Shown piece after piece: positions 1-11,083 of a stretch of DNA of 64,000 nucleotides. Position numbers and translations under genes: made by a program. Source of the DNA: Marsupella aquatica (Eukaryota > Plantae > Marchantiophyta). The notes beneath the pieces were generated by a model, which saw only the letters and a program-made list of their open reading frames with translations, was not told the origin of the DNA and did not search any database. The number at the start of each line of letters is the position of its first letter. Position 1 is the first letter of the stretch. The stretch lies in the NCBI GenBank assembly GCA_973895155.1, contig OZ316893.1, positions 10,483,660 through 10,547,659 on the forward strand, given 5' to 3'.

Positions 1-2
1 GC

Positions 3-1046
3 TCATCTGTGGGAGCTCAGCAAAAGTTGGACGTGTATTGGAGCAAGATTGAGGCACATTTTATGAAAGCCATGGCTGATTTTAGGAAGAAGCACCCAGG
101 TGTAGTGAAGAATGTACCAAGGTCTATCCGCTCCTTGGGCTTGAAATGGAGTGAAATCAATCACGACTGTGCCTAGTTCACAAGAGCGATGTCAACAATC
201 ATTGAGCTGAACGAGTCTGGCACTAATGAAGAGGAGCAAATGGAGAAGGCAAAAGCGCTTTATCAACAGACCCACAAGAAGGGCCTTGAGTTTACGATGG
301 ATGGAGCATGGCAAATCCTGAAGGATTCACTGAAGTGGCAGGTTGCAGCACGACTAAACGACAAGTATCTTGAGCGAGCTTCGAAGCGAAAGAGGAACAA
401 TAGTGGCATAGGTGTAGACAATGAGACTATTGAACTAGCTGATGAATCAAGCCTTGGAAACAAAATTGCTACACCATAAATGGTTACTGATCGCCCAATT
501 GGTAACAAGAAAGCCAAGGAGTTGGCTGCTCTAGAAAGGAAGGCTGCCAAGAGCAGGAGTTCATTGGCCGATTCCACATCAGAGATTGCCGCTGCTTTGA
601 ATCGGAGGGCTCGTGCTATGGAGGATGTTTATGAGATCCAGCTATTCTCTGTGAACATGGACAACCTGGACCTGCAGGCTCAAAAGTTTTTGAAAATGAA
701 GAGGGAGGTGGCAGAGTTACAGCTCATGAAGCACCTTAAATCTGTGCAAACCTCCAGGGACGAATCCTTGCTCTCACCAATGATTCCAGTTCACCAAGAG
801 AACATTTCGCCCAATGTTGCAAACAGAGAATGCAACTCTGCACTCTTCCCGGGCGATGAAAGGATCGGAGATGAAGAGGATGCTGACGACGGTGAGGACA
901 TTGAGGAATCACCTCCAGTAGGAGGAGACTTTGCAAATGAAAACGATACTCCCCTAGATAGTCAGAGTCCGAACTGGATGGATTCTTTTTCAGGGAATGC
1001 TCTCCAATACCAGGATATTAATAGAAACTTGTACTCTTTCATGTAG
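3..1046 (+). pseudogene. Harbinger ORF1 (Myb/SANT-like plus NAM-associated DNA-binding protein), 5' part outside window, two in-frame stops
   Basis: One frame reads VGAQQKLDVYWSKI..RSIRSLGLKWSEINHDCA*F..SGTNEEEQMEKAKALY..AWQILKDSLKW..RPIGNKKAKE. Stops are TAG at 174-176 and TAA at 477-479, with no frameshift. Confidence 0.85.
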
Positions 1047-1413
1047 TGTGCAAACAGAACATTCATTTCACAAACCATTGCACACATTGTATGTCTGATC
1101 ACGATATTTATTCATATGGCCTGGACCAGATATTCCAGCTACAACTTACTGCTCATTGCATCGTCAATGCATTGCGATTTAATGTACTTTGCAACCTCAT
1201 ATGAGATGAATGACTAGGTTGTCGTGGCATTCATAAACTCACATTCCAGAAATCCATTGAAGTCCTTCAATTTTGCACAAGTAAAAGGTATGGTGGAGAA
1301 ATTTATATAAATAAAGTCAAATACAATTCCTCCGAACTAGAGACTGTGTACGTCAGACTTGGCCCTGTCTAATGTGTACCCTCACTCAAGTCCTCACTCT
1401 ATCACTCGGAGTG

Positions 1414-2737
1414 TCACTCCTCATCGTCGTCACCTCTAATCTGCCATAGATGTTCAACCAGGTCATCTCGAAGTTGGTTTGCATTTGTTGTATTGGCGAT
1501 AAGCCCCATATTGTGAGTCAGTCCTGCAAAAGAGACACGAGGTCGTGGCCTGTGTTGCCACTGGACATCATTTCTATCGAACAGATAATCATGTGTCAAG
1601 TCAAATTCATCAGCCTCGTCCTCAATGATCATATTGTGCATGATGATTGCAGCTTTCCAGATCAATGTCATTTGATCTCTACTCCACCATCGTGCTGGGT
1701 TCTTAACCATTGTGAATCTGGCCTGCAAGACACCAAAGCATCGTTCTACATCCTTCCGCACTGATTCTTGTCTCTTGGCATACCATTTCCTTTTGGCTCC
1801 TTGGGGATCTGCAATAGTCTTCATGAAGATTGTGTAATCTGGATAGATTCCATCAGTCTGCAAGAAGATAGAACATTTTGTAGTCATGCCTGTAAACAGA
1901 GAAGGCAACATTGGGAGCCACTCCATTCAACAAGTTGACCAGCAATGGAGATCTATCAATGATGTTGATGTCATTGTTTGATCCTGGAATTCCAGCAAAT
2001 GCATGCCATATCCACAAGTCTGAAATGGCAACTGCTTCGAGTACAATTGAATTCAACCCATCCTTGTCTCGGAATTGTCCTTGTTCACCCACTGGGCAAT
2101 TCTTCCATGTCCAATGGGTGCAATCAAGTGACCCAAACATCCCAACAAATCCTCGCTTTCGATTGATCTCCATATGCCTTCTCACATCCTCCTCTGTAGG
2201 GTGCCGAAGGTACTCCTCGCCAAAACAATTCACAATGGCTTGCACAAAGTGCTTGAATGCAGCAATTGCAGTAGACTCTCCAATCCGAACATACTCATCG
2301 ACAGCATCCCCTGCCGAGCCGTAGCACATCATCCTGAGTGCTGCAGTCATTTTTTGAATGCTGTTGAGGCCTACTTTCCCGGTTGCATCAGGCTTTTGCA
2401 CAAAGTACTCATCCTCCTGAAGAATTTTGTTGTGAATACGTATAAACAAATCCCTTCTCATACGAAACCTCCTCCTGAACAAATGAGGTGGAAAAGCTGC
2501 AAAGGATGAAAAGTAGTCTCCCCAAATCCTGTCATGCCCTGAGACATGATCGTGCAAAATATTTGGGGAGCGGCCAACTGTCGAGCCTCCATGTGTTCTA
2601 TTCAAGACCTCTGCCATCTCTTCAAGCATGTCTCCTTCCTCCAAGAGATTGCTGATGTGATCAGCAAGAACATCCTCTATGTCATCGTCGGACCCAACTC
2701 GATCAACTACCCATTGTTGAAATTGAGGGGGATCCAT
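1414..2737 (-). pseudogene. Harbinger/PIF (HARBI1-like, DDE_Tnp_4) transposase with one frameshift
   Basis: Motifs FRRRFRMRRDLF, GMFGSLDCTHWTWKNCP, WIWHAFAGIPGSNNDINI, YLLAD/GIYP and RKDVERCFGVLQARF. A 4-bp insertion near 1853-1858 splits LADGIYP across two frames. Confidence 0.92.
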
Positions 2738-4299
2738 AGCTCACAAACAGAAATGCTGATTGACGAAGAGGATGTGAAATTGCCAATCAATCGACAATTC
2801 AAGCACAACTGTGAATGTTGAAATGGCAAGAGACAACTTATGTGTCCATGAAGCTTCAGGTGATTCCCTCGGAATCCACAAGACATTGTGGTGCAGTGTG
2901 CCATCGATGTCGCAGAGCAATTTCAGCCGAACTTCAGCAATTTCAGCCAATGTGGACAAGTGCCTTCAATGGCAACATGCCAAGTCCAGTGGACGAAGGT
3001 GCGCAAACCTCTGAAGCAAGAAGCTCAAATTATGGATGCAAGAGGTCAACAAACATATGTCCAAAGCCCAACATCGGACATTGCCATTGCGGAGTGGACC
3101 TCCGTGGAGAGAGGGGGCAAACACAATATACAAGCAACCACGTCTTTGCTGGACGGCCGGACGCGTCTTAAATAAAATGGCGAGCACAAAAAATGGCGTA
3201 ACCGATGGGGTTGCCCTTTGACAAACCCCGCACGGGCTTTAGCGCAACCTAAAAAAAGCAGCGGAGGTGCGCTGTATTTAATGTGTAGCGTAAGCAAATG
3301 GCGTAACCATTGGAGATGCTCTTATAGAGATATATTCACAAAAAATATTTTTGGAAGTCTAGAGCACTGTGTGCAAAACTAACATGCCTGGCTTCTTTGA
3401 AGCAAAAGGCAAGATTGACTATGGAGGACAAAGAGTAAGCTTCTCTAGTGGACAGTATTTTTGATTGAGCATCACAGTAGGGTATTTGGCAGCTTGCGTC
3501 ATAAAGATAAAATACATCAATACAACTAAAGTATATAAATTATACATGCATACAGGATATATTATGCTCACTCATCAAAGTAGGAGTGGTTGGACTTGAC
3601 AGGGGAGAGGTGGAGTCTAGACTTCTAGATGGTAGTCAATTAAAGCTAGGACCAAATCAGCTGGATCTTTGGGTTTCCAGTGAGAAAGCATTTTTTTGAA
3701 GCTGCTATAATGGTGAAAGCAACTTTCAGTATTTTGTCTTATTCAAACTTATTTTGTTATGCATTTTTATTTCAATGTGTCTTACCAAGGTGCATCCCTT
3801 GTATAGTTTAGATTTCCAATTTATTCTGGCACCCCTCTAATTTTTTTAAATCTTTGCTATAGTTTAAGATCATCCACCCTGTAACAAAGCTTGTTGAATT
3901 TTTAGCCCTTATCCTCATGAGTACTGAAGAAATGATCTAGATAATGTGCACACCTTATGTCTTTAAGTACTACTCATGGTTTTGTGTCCTAAATTTATGG
4001 GTTTAGTTATTTTGAGTGTCATTACCTAAAGTAAGTACATAAGTATCTCTACTCATGTACATTATGTGCACATCCCAATACCATAAACTTAAACTTTTTA
4101 AACTTTCCTGTTCATTATTATTTTTCTTTACATGTATATTTTTATTTTTGTACCTTATGTGCACAGTCAAGTTTCAATATCATAGACTGTACATCTTCCT
4201 AGTCAATGTCCTGTTTATATTTTAATTAGAATACCTACATATCACTCAAAAACAAAAAGTGAAGCATGCTATAATGGGTTGGCATGGAATGAAGAACAT

Positions 4300-5030
4300 G
4301 AGTCTTGTGGAAAAGTGATGATTGTGTAAATGTCACACTGTTAGGCAAATGCAAACTTGGAAAGAGATGATTGGCTAATGTCTTAAAGCTCTAGGAGAGA
4401 CTCACTTTGAGCAGGCTCCGTTTAACATAACAAATGAATAGATAATTGCAAGGAAACAGTTGCATTAATCAATCTATGATCAGGTAGATCTGAAATTCAA
4501 AGTAACTTAAATAACAAACAAAAATAGTGCAGAGCAAATGTATATCTGGCATAAGTATAGGGCTAGCTAAGAGACCCCTTCAGGCTACATTTATATCAAT
4601 AGTGACTCAGATGGTGAAATGTGGTATTTTCATGCTTATTGCAAGTTGGATCATTCCTTTGAACTGTGAGGGTATGGATCAAGGCAGGATGACATGCCTA
4701 TAAAATGCTTTATAGACCCAATGCATAAATGCAAAGTTGATGTAGAAGAAGTTCTTGTTAGGAAAGCCATAATAAGGAGTTTTGGCAGACACTATACTAG
4801 TGACTCTGCAAGAGATAGATGAACAGTCAATCTGGATCTTTCATGGGTCCATCAAGTAACACTTTGCCTTTTTGGGGTCCATCAAGTATCTCTCTGTGAC
4901 TCTGCAGAGGAAGATGCATCATTGCCCATTCAATAGTGCAATGAAAGAAGGATCTCTTGGAAAAGCCTATTTCACGAGACTAAAGAAAGTGCCACAATAG
5001 ATTTGTGTTGATCATATTTTTGCTAAGATG
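4300..5030 (+). pseudogene. Highly decayed putative MuDR transposase remnant
   Basis: Only fragmentary motifs survive, e.g. CVDHIFA near 5000-5025, resembling the MULE HRxCxxHxxxN motif. Many stops and frameshifts. Confidence 0.3.
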
Positions 5031-6164
5031 AGATGTCTTGACAAGGGGGTGACTTTTGGTGATCCTTTGGCAGTTTGTTCCATTGGCTAATATACCTAAA
5101 TCTAACTATTAAAAACTAGTTCAAAAAGTGGAGGTTTTAGGGTATAGATGATGGTGCTTTTGGGGGCCAGGGAATGAGGAGAGAGGCTAGGGGCGAGGGC
5201 ATTACTCTGCTTAGATAACTGTCTACACAGTTTGGGGTTTAAGTCCCTACCAGGTCTCATTGGATAAATAGACATACAAAGACAGGGACTTAGATTCATA
5301 TTAACAAGTGTGCGTAATTGTAGCATGGCTGAATCCCGGGGTCCTCACTTCTTTTCTTCCAACCTATTGCGCGCGACGAAGTTAGAGGTTTCTTAATTCA
5401 ATTGGGTGGAAAACTTTAAAATATTTGTTGAAGAAACATAGCCAGGGGTGTTTGAATCCAATTTTGAGAATTATAAGAACTATGGGGTTTTTAAATACCA
5501 AATTTGGGAATATCCCTAAAAGATTCCATATAGTTAGTGGTTAAAAACAGTAAAGATTTTACTTTGATTTCTTAAGTTTCAGGGTGTTTATTACTTGAAA
5601 ACTTTGCAAGTGATATAAGACCTCCTTTGGAATAAGGCCTGTGAGGGCTTAATATTATCAAATAATCAACCCAATGTGCTCTCCATTGCATATGTTGTCC
5701 TGGCTATAAGTTGTGGCAATTTAATGCCCATTTCATTTGTTGTCCTGGCTATGAGTTGTGGCAATGTAGATGTTTGGTGCCTACTTTTGCTACGATTTGT
5801 AGCTGATGCCTGGGCCAATGCCTCCTTTTGCTACAATTCTGCAATTGTCGTCTTTAATTTTTTGGGGGCATTGCTTATATTTTCCCAGCTAATATTAACT
5901 TCAATGTTTTCAAAAGGGGATAATATTTCAACATAAAGAAGCTAGATTTACTTTTGTGAGACAGGCTGTGGAAATCATTGAGAGGACTTTTCTGTGAGAA
6001 CTTAGAGTAAAAATTCATTAGAAATTGAATTTATCCAAAAACAAATAAAAACGTAAGTATGGTTCACCATGTAGCAACATGGGATTATTCATGATTATTG
6101 TTCTCACTAACTTGGGCACTAACTTGGCTCAAGTTATTAGATCACATGTCCAGGTTAGCATTTT

Positions 6165-7330
6165 GGGAGATATATATATATATATATATATGTGGACCTC
6201 CAAACCAAACTTTTTCTCTTAATGTACCAAATGATTGAGATTCTCTCCTAGTGGAGCCAAAGTTTAAGATTCTTTCCCAATTTGGACTTCTGGGTCCACT
6301 ATGTAAAGCAATGTTCTTTTGAAAATGTTTACCATACGGTTCATGTAGACTATGCAGCTTAATAAGAGTGACTGTCGTTGTGGTTGCTCAAGGATAGTAA
6401 CATCAAAGGGTAAATGTGTAGTGAATAGATCTTGGAATAGATTACACAAGGGCTGTAAGCTCTCAGGGCCACAATGGAGCACCCAAGCCCATTCCAAGTA
6501 AAATCAATGAACCCCCTTGCAATTGTATGTGACTATATCCCTTCCACCCCTTGTTATTTTCATTTTTCTATAAAAATTTATCTTGTTACTGGTAATGATT
6601 ATAATTATTAATTCAAAATGAATAAAACTAGTCTTCAAGAGTTCACACGTACTCTACATATTACTTAGGACTGAGGGCCCAGGGCACCCAAGTGCCAAAG
6701 CGCAACAACCTCCCAGCTGCTTGGTTGAATACATTGTGAATATTGTACAGAAACTATAAAATAATGAAGGATCCCATGGTCGCATTGCAGCACCCAAGTG
6801 CCATAGCAAGGCCTCCAAACTTGGTCGAATATTTTATTTTATTTTTTGCAAAAAGCGGCAAGCCCAAAACTTTATTCACTGGGGCCATACACTTGGTCGA
6901 ATACATTGTGGCTAATATATTCATTTAACTACAAATGAAGGATCTTATGACTGCATTAGAGTACCCAAGCGTCATAGCGTCGCCTCCTAGCTTGATGGAA
7001 TACATTGTGACTATTGTATCCAAATTACAAAGGAAAGAGTTTACGGCCACGTTGAAGCATGCAAATGCCATAGCGTCCCCAGCCTCATTTTGTATAAAAA
7101 ATTAAAATTAAAATGTGCCCTCCTTCTCATGAAACCTGCTGGGAACCTATTTTGTTCTCATTGCATTTAGGTTCATTTCTTGACATTTTCTTTTGCTGTT
7201 TGTTCTTGCTGTTCTTGCTCGGGTACATTCCTCCTAATTATGGCTACCCTTTGAGATGTGCAAACTGCAATGAAGGAGAGGCCAGAAATTTTATTGGGCC
7301 AATCAGAGTTTATGTTTGCAATTTAATTGG
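6165..7330 (+). mobile_element. Truncated, diverged left end of the same Mutator family as 8951-19392
   Basis: TIR-like GGGAGA(TA)nTGTGGACCTCCAAA..TTAATGTACCAAA with a TA expansion. Sequence is collinear with the 8951 element up to a frameshifted copy of the start of the RPA-like ORF (ATGGCTACCCTT..ATGAAGGAGAGGCCAG..GTTTATGTTTGCAATTT, 7240-7325). Confidence 0.7.
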
Positions 7331-9644
7331 CAGGTCTCAGATTGAATGCATTATGCATAATTCATTCTATTTTGTTCAAGATGCACGTATTCATTTTGAT
7401 TTATGCGCCTAGGCTGCTGTTTGCCCTCAACTATAGTCTTCTAACTATGTTTATACATTGTTGTCAATGTATACAAGTTCTAACTCTCTATCATGTTGTG
7501 GCAGCACGGCAAACGGACATTGCAGACTTTGTAGTTGGATGCATTTGGCAATGCGTCAGACACTCAACAACCCTAGAACCTCCTACGTTTTATAGTGACT
7601 TTCTCACAATGTCATTGTAATGACTGAAAATTGTGTTCAAAGAACTTCAGACATGAATTGGTACCTTTGGCTCATTTAGCATGAGTAAGCCCACTTGGCT
7701 TACTTATGCTTGAATACTTAGACTTTGGCAGCCTGGATGGAAACTTAGTATATGTTTTAACTTTCCTACATTTATACACTGTAGCTTGTGTGATTCTATC
7801 CGGGTGACAATCTTAGATGATATGGAAGCATCTTTTTCTCAAATCCTCCATTATGTGTTGCTAAAAGGAAGTGAAAAAAAATTTAAAAACTGCTGAAAAG
7901 AAGTAGTGGACAAAGCAAAGTATTCCTTCGAGCAACAGGTGAGTAGAGTAGTATACCGTCACGAAGGATAAGCAAGTCATTTAATGCACAAAAATCATAG
8001 AAACTTTTTTGGAAAGGTGTTGTTCTTCTCATTGACTCTTCTTGCGGACAATGCGGCTGCATGAAGTTTTCCATTCGCAATTCAGTTTTTCACAAAAAGT
8101 TTTGATACTGAGTTTTAGGCTTCGGCATCTTCAAATTTTTATGCATGAGAGACATCTCTCTTATCTAGCCTTAGGCTGCTACAGTACTCAAGGACACTCT
8201 TTGTAGTCCCTTCATGGGCTTATTAGACACCCTAGGATCGTGCTTTTGCCTGACCTGACTTTTGCTGGTTCTAAGATTGTACTTCAACCTTTTGGGTTTT
8301 ATATTAGTAAAGTTCAGGTCTACGGATCCTTCCACATATAAAAGTTTTCCCTCTTGTGCAAAAAAGATCCTGCTTAGAGCATATCCAACCCAAAGCACCT
8401 TTGCTTACTTTGTACATTAAATACTCATCTGACAACGTCCTTTTCGTCGTTCATTGCATTGCACCTAGATATCATTGCCAATTGCAGCCCCAACCGTGAG
8501 GTTAGTTTCCCTACGCAAATGATCGGGATCTGATTACTTTGGATTGAAATCTTGAAAATCCAGTAGAAAATAAGCTATTGGATAATCTCTTAAAAAAATA
8601 AAAATTCAATAACTAAATAAAAAATAAAAAGCTCGTTGGAATGCTAGAGTCCTGAAAACCCAATATACAGGATTCCAATGAGTGGGTTGGACCTAACTTT
8701 TTACGTTTCTTTAGTGTGTTTGGTCAACAGCCCCTTCCCATAACAAAAGCCAGTAGGGTTGGAGATGCCCACTTTGAGGAGGTATGGTGTATATTGCTGA
8801 TGGTGGCAATGCAAAGTGATTATACTTTCATTAAATTTATTTTTTTATAATATAATTGGGAAAGAAAGGAAACCAAGATAGAGAGATCGGGCCTTGCAAC
8901 TGCCACTCGACAAGGGGAAACTAACATTAGGGACCCTACACTTGTGTCCCGAGAGATATACTTAGTGGACCTCCAAATGCAACTCTCTCTTAATGGACCA
9001 AAAGTTTCCCACGCCCTCCCAATGGACCCCAAAGTTTAGATTCTCTCCCAATGGACCTCCGGGCCCACTCCGTACAGGCATGTTCTTATGAAACAGCTTA
9101 CCACGCAGTTCGAGTCCACTGCGTACCCTCTGGAAACCGTGGTTGGTCATGTGTAGTCGGCCGTCAATAACGTCGCAGTCCACAAGCGTTGTAGCCCTGG
9201 CGGCAATCGAGCTCCGCTCAACACCATGGCAGTTTTTGTGAATACAGTATGACTATTGTATTCAAAACAATAATTGAACGAGTTTGCGGTGGCATTGGAG
9301 CCTTCGTGCCCGGCCTCACAAGATTTCAGAATACATTGTCACTTTAGTGTTCAAGATACAAAGAAAATAGTTTATTGGAGCTTGCAACAACCGGCAAGCC
9401 GTACCTCCCCGAACCTCCTTGCTTTTATGAAGACATTGTCCATAATGTGTACAAATCTTAAAGGAATAATTTTCAAAATTCAAATGTGCCCGCCCTTTAT
9501 GGAATCCTTTCAGAACCTGTTTTGTTGTCATTTGGTTTGTTTCTCGACATTTTCTCGCATTTCTCGTGTTGCTGGTTCCGGCTCGTGTTGCTGGTTCTTG
9601 TTGTTCCTGTTGTTCCCGCTCGTGTTCTTGCTCGTGTTCCTGCT

Positions 9645-10283
9645 ATGTCGACCCTTGAGGATGTGCGAGTTGCAATGAAGGAGCGGCCAGACAGCATCAT
9701 TGGGCCAATCCCGGTATATGTTTGTAATTTTCACTCTGATTTCCCATGGCCCAGAAAGTTTACTTACAGAGGTTGCAGGCATGGCATTGGCGGTGGTTTG
9801 GTTTGTGGGAAGTCCATTGAGGCAGCGGAGCAATGCAAGCACGACCCACTGGTAGACGGTAACAATTGTCATTTGTATAGGTTCGATATTTGCATGGTGG
9901 ATGCATATGAGAACACTGGGCCATTCAAAGCCACTATCTTTCAAGCTGCACGAGAGCTTGTGGACATGACTGCTGACGAATTTGCAGAGTATGGTACCAT
10001 TCGCCAGCTTGAAACAATGCACCAGCAAATTTCTCAGATCCCATACTGTCTAGTGTGGATTAAGGTAGGACGACACTCTGCTGTTGTGAATAAGCTTGTT
10101 GTTGAGATGTGGCGATGCCCTCCTAGTCGTGCCCCTGTGAGAACAAGAGTTGAGAAAGTGATCAGCAGAAGCAATCTTGTGGATGTTGATGTCCTTATGC
10201 AGCAGTTGGAGGTGACTGCAGCAATGATTTCAAAGTTTCATTTGTCCACCATCGAATCCGCCGAAGACTCGAAAGGCAAATGA
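9645..10283 (+). CDS. MULE-borne RPA70 C-terminal-like (OB-fold/Zn-ribbon) protein, ~212 aa, intact
   Basis: FTYRGC-x9-CGK..C-x-H..LYRFDICMVD..GPFKATIFQAARELVDMTADEF resembles the RPA1 DBD-C consensus (Y.aC..C.kk..C..yry.l...D.tg....t.F...a..l.g.sa.el). The ATG at 9645 is supported by the paralogous ATG at 7240; the frame is open upstream to 9486. Confidence 0.7.
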   Translation: MSTLEDVRVAMKERPDSIIGPIPVYVCNFHSDFPWPRKFTYRGCRHGIGGGLVCGKSIEAAEQCKHDPLVDGNNCHLYRFDICMVDAYENTGPFKATIFQAARELVDMTADEFAEYGTIRQLETMHQQISQIPYCLVWIKVGRHSAVVNKLVVEMWRCPPSRAPVRTRVEKVISRSNLVDVDVLMQQLEVTAAMISKFHLSTIESAEDSKGK

Positions 10284-11083
10284 TAGGGATGTTGTGTCAT
10301 GCAGAATACGTTTTGGTTGTTGTATTCTTGTTATTTCTTGAAGAGATTGGTGGTTTGGTAAGATGATTTAGTGTCATTTAGCATTCTCCGTAGCTTCAAT
10401 GATGAACAATTCGCATTTCATATGAGTATTGGGGGAGCCCTTTAGTTGCATAATTTTGAAAACCTGTATTGTGTAATGGGTATTTTCTCTTGCGTTATGA
10501 ATAGAATACAACATTGTTTATGTATTCTCTGATCTATCTGTTATGTAACACGTTGCAACATTATTTTGTATGTTGAGAAAACAACACAGAATACTACATG
10601 GTGTATGTATTCTTTGAATTCTATTTCATGTAACACGTCTAGGTTGCGCCTGCTTTGCTACTTCATTGCTAGGGTTTAGGGTGCACGATCAGTTGCACGT
10701 ATGCCTTATCTTTGGCGAGGGTTTAGGATTTTAGAGAGATGGCGGCCGATGAGCGAGGAGGATTGTTTTAGGGAGGGATTCCACTATTGGAGCTCGCAAA
10801 TCGATCAATCAAAGGCCTGATGTGCTGGTGAAGGGGGATTGCGCGCGATTGGGAGCGATTGGGAGCGATCAATTTAGGGAGCTGGTCATGGGGGACTGCA
10901 CGCGATTGGGAGTGAGTGAGTATAGAGCGATTCAGGGAGCTGGTGCTGGTGAAGGGGGATTGTGAAATCACTTGGGATTGCCCGTCGGGTGATTGGAGTG
11001 ACTGTCGAGAGCGATTCAGGGAGATCAACGAGTGAACGTTGGGCAGGTTGGTTGGGTTTTGAACCCAACCAAGCCAGGTAGTC

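Larger units (their letters stand above)
1..3321. mobile_element. PIF/Harbinger DNA transposon (left end outside window), degenerate
   Basis: Convergent Myb/NAM-associated ORF (+) and DDE transposase (-). The right terminus CCATTGGAGATGCTC (reverse complement of the Tourist/PIF-type GAGCATCTCCAA) ends at 3321 and is followed by the TTA target triplet at 3322-3324. Confidence 0.9.

Noticed and set aside
8757-8770. Second Harbinger-like terminus TTGGAGATGCCC
   Set aside because: Not followed by TAA/TTA and no partner TIR found.
9486-10283. Helitron as carrier of the RPA-like ORF
   Set aside because: No Rep/helicase or CTRR-hairpin end was seen, and the ORF sits at the same position in other MULE-family copies.
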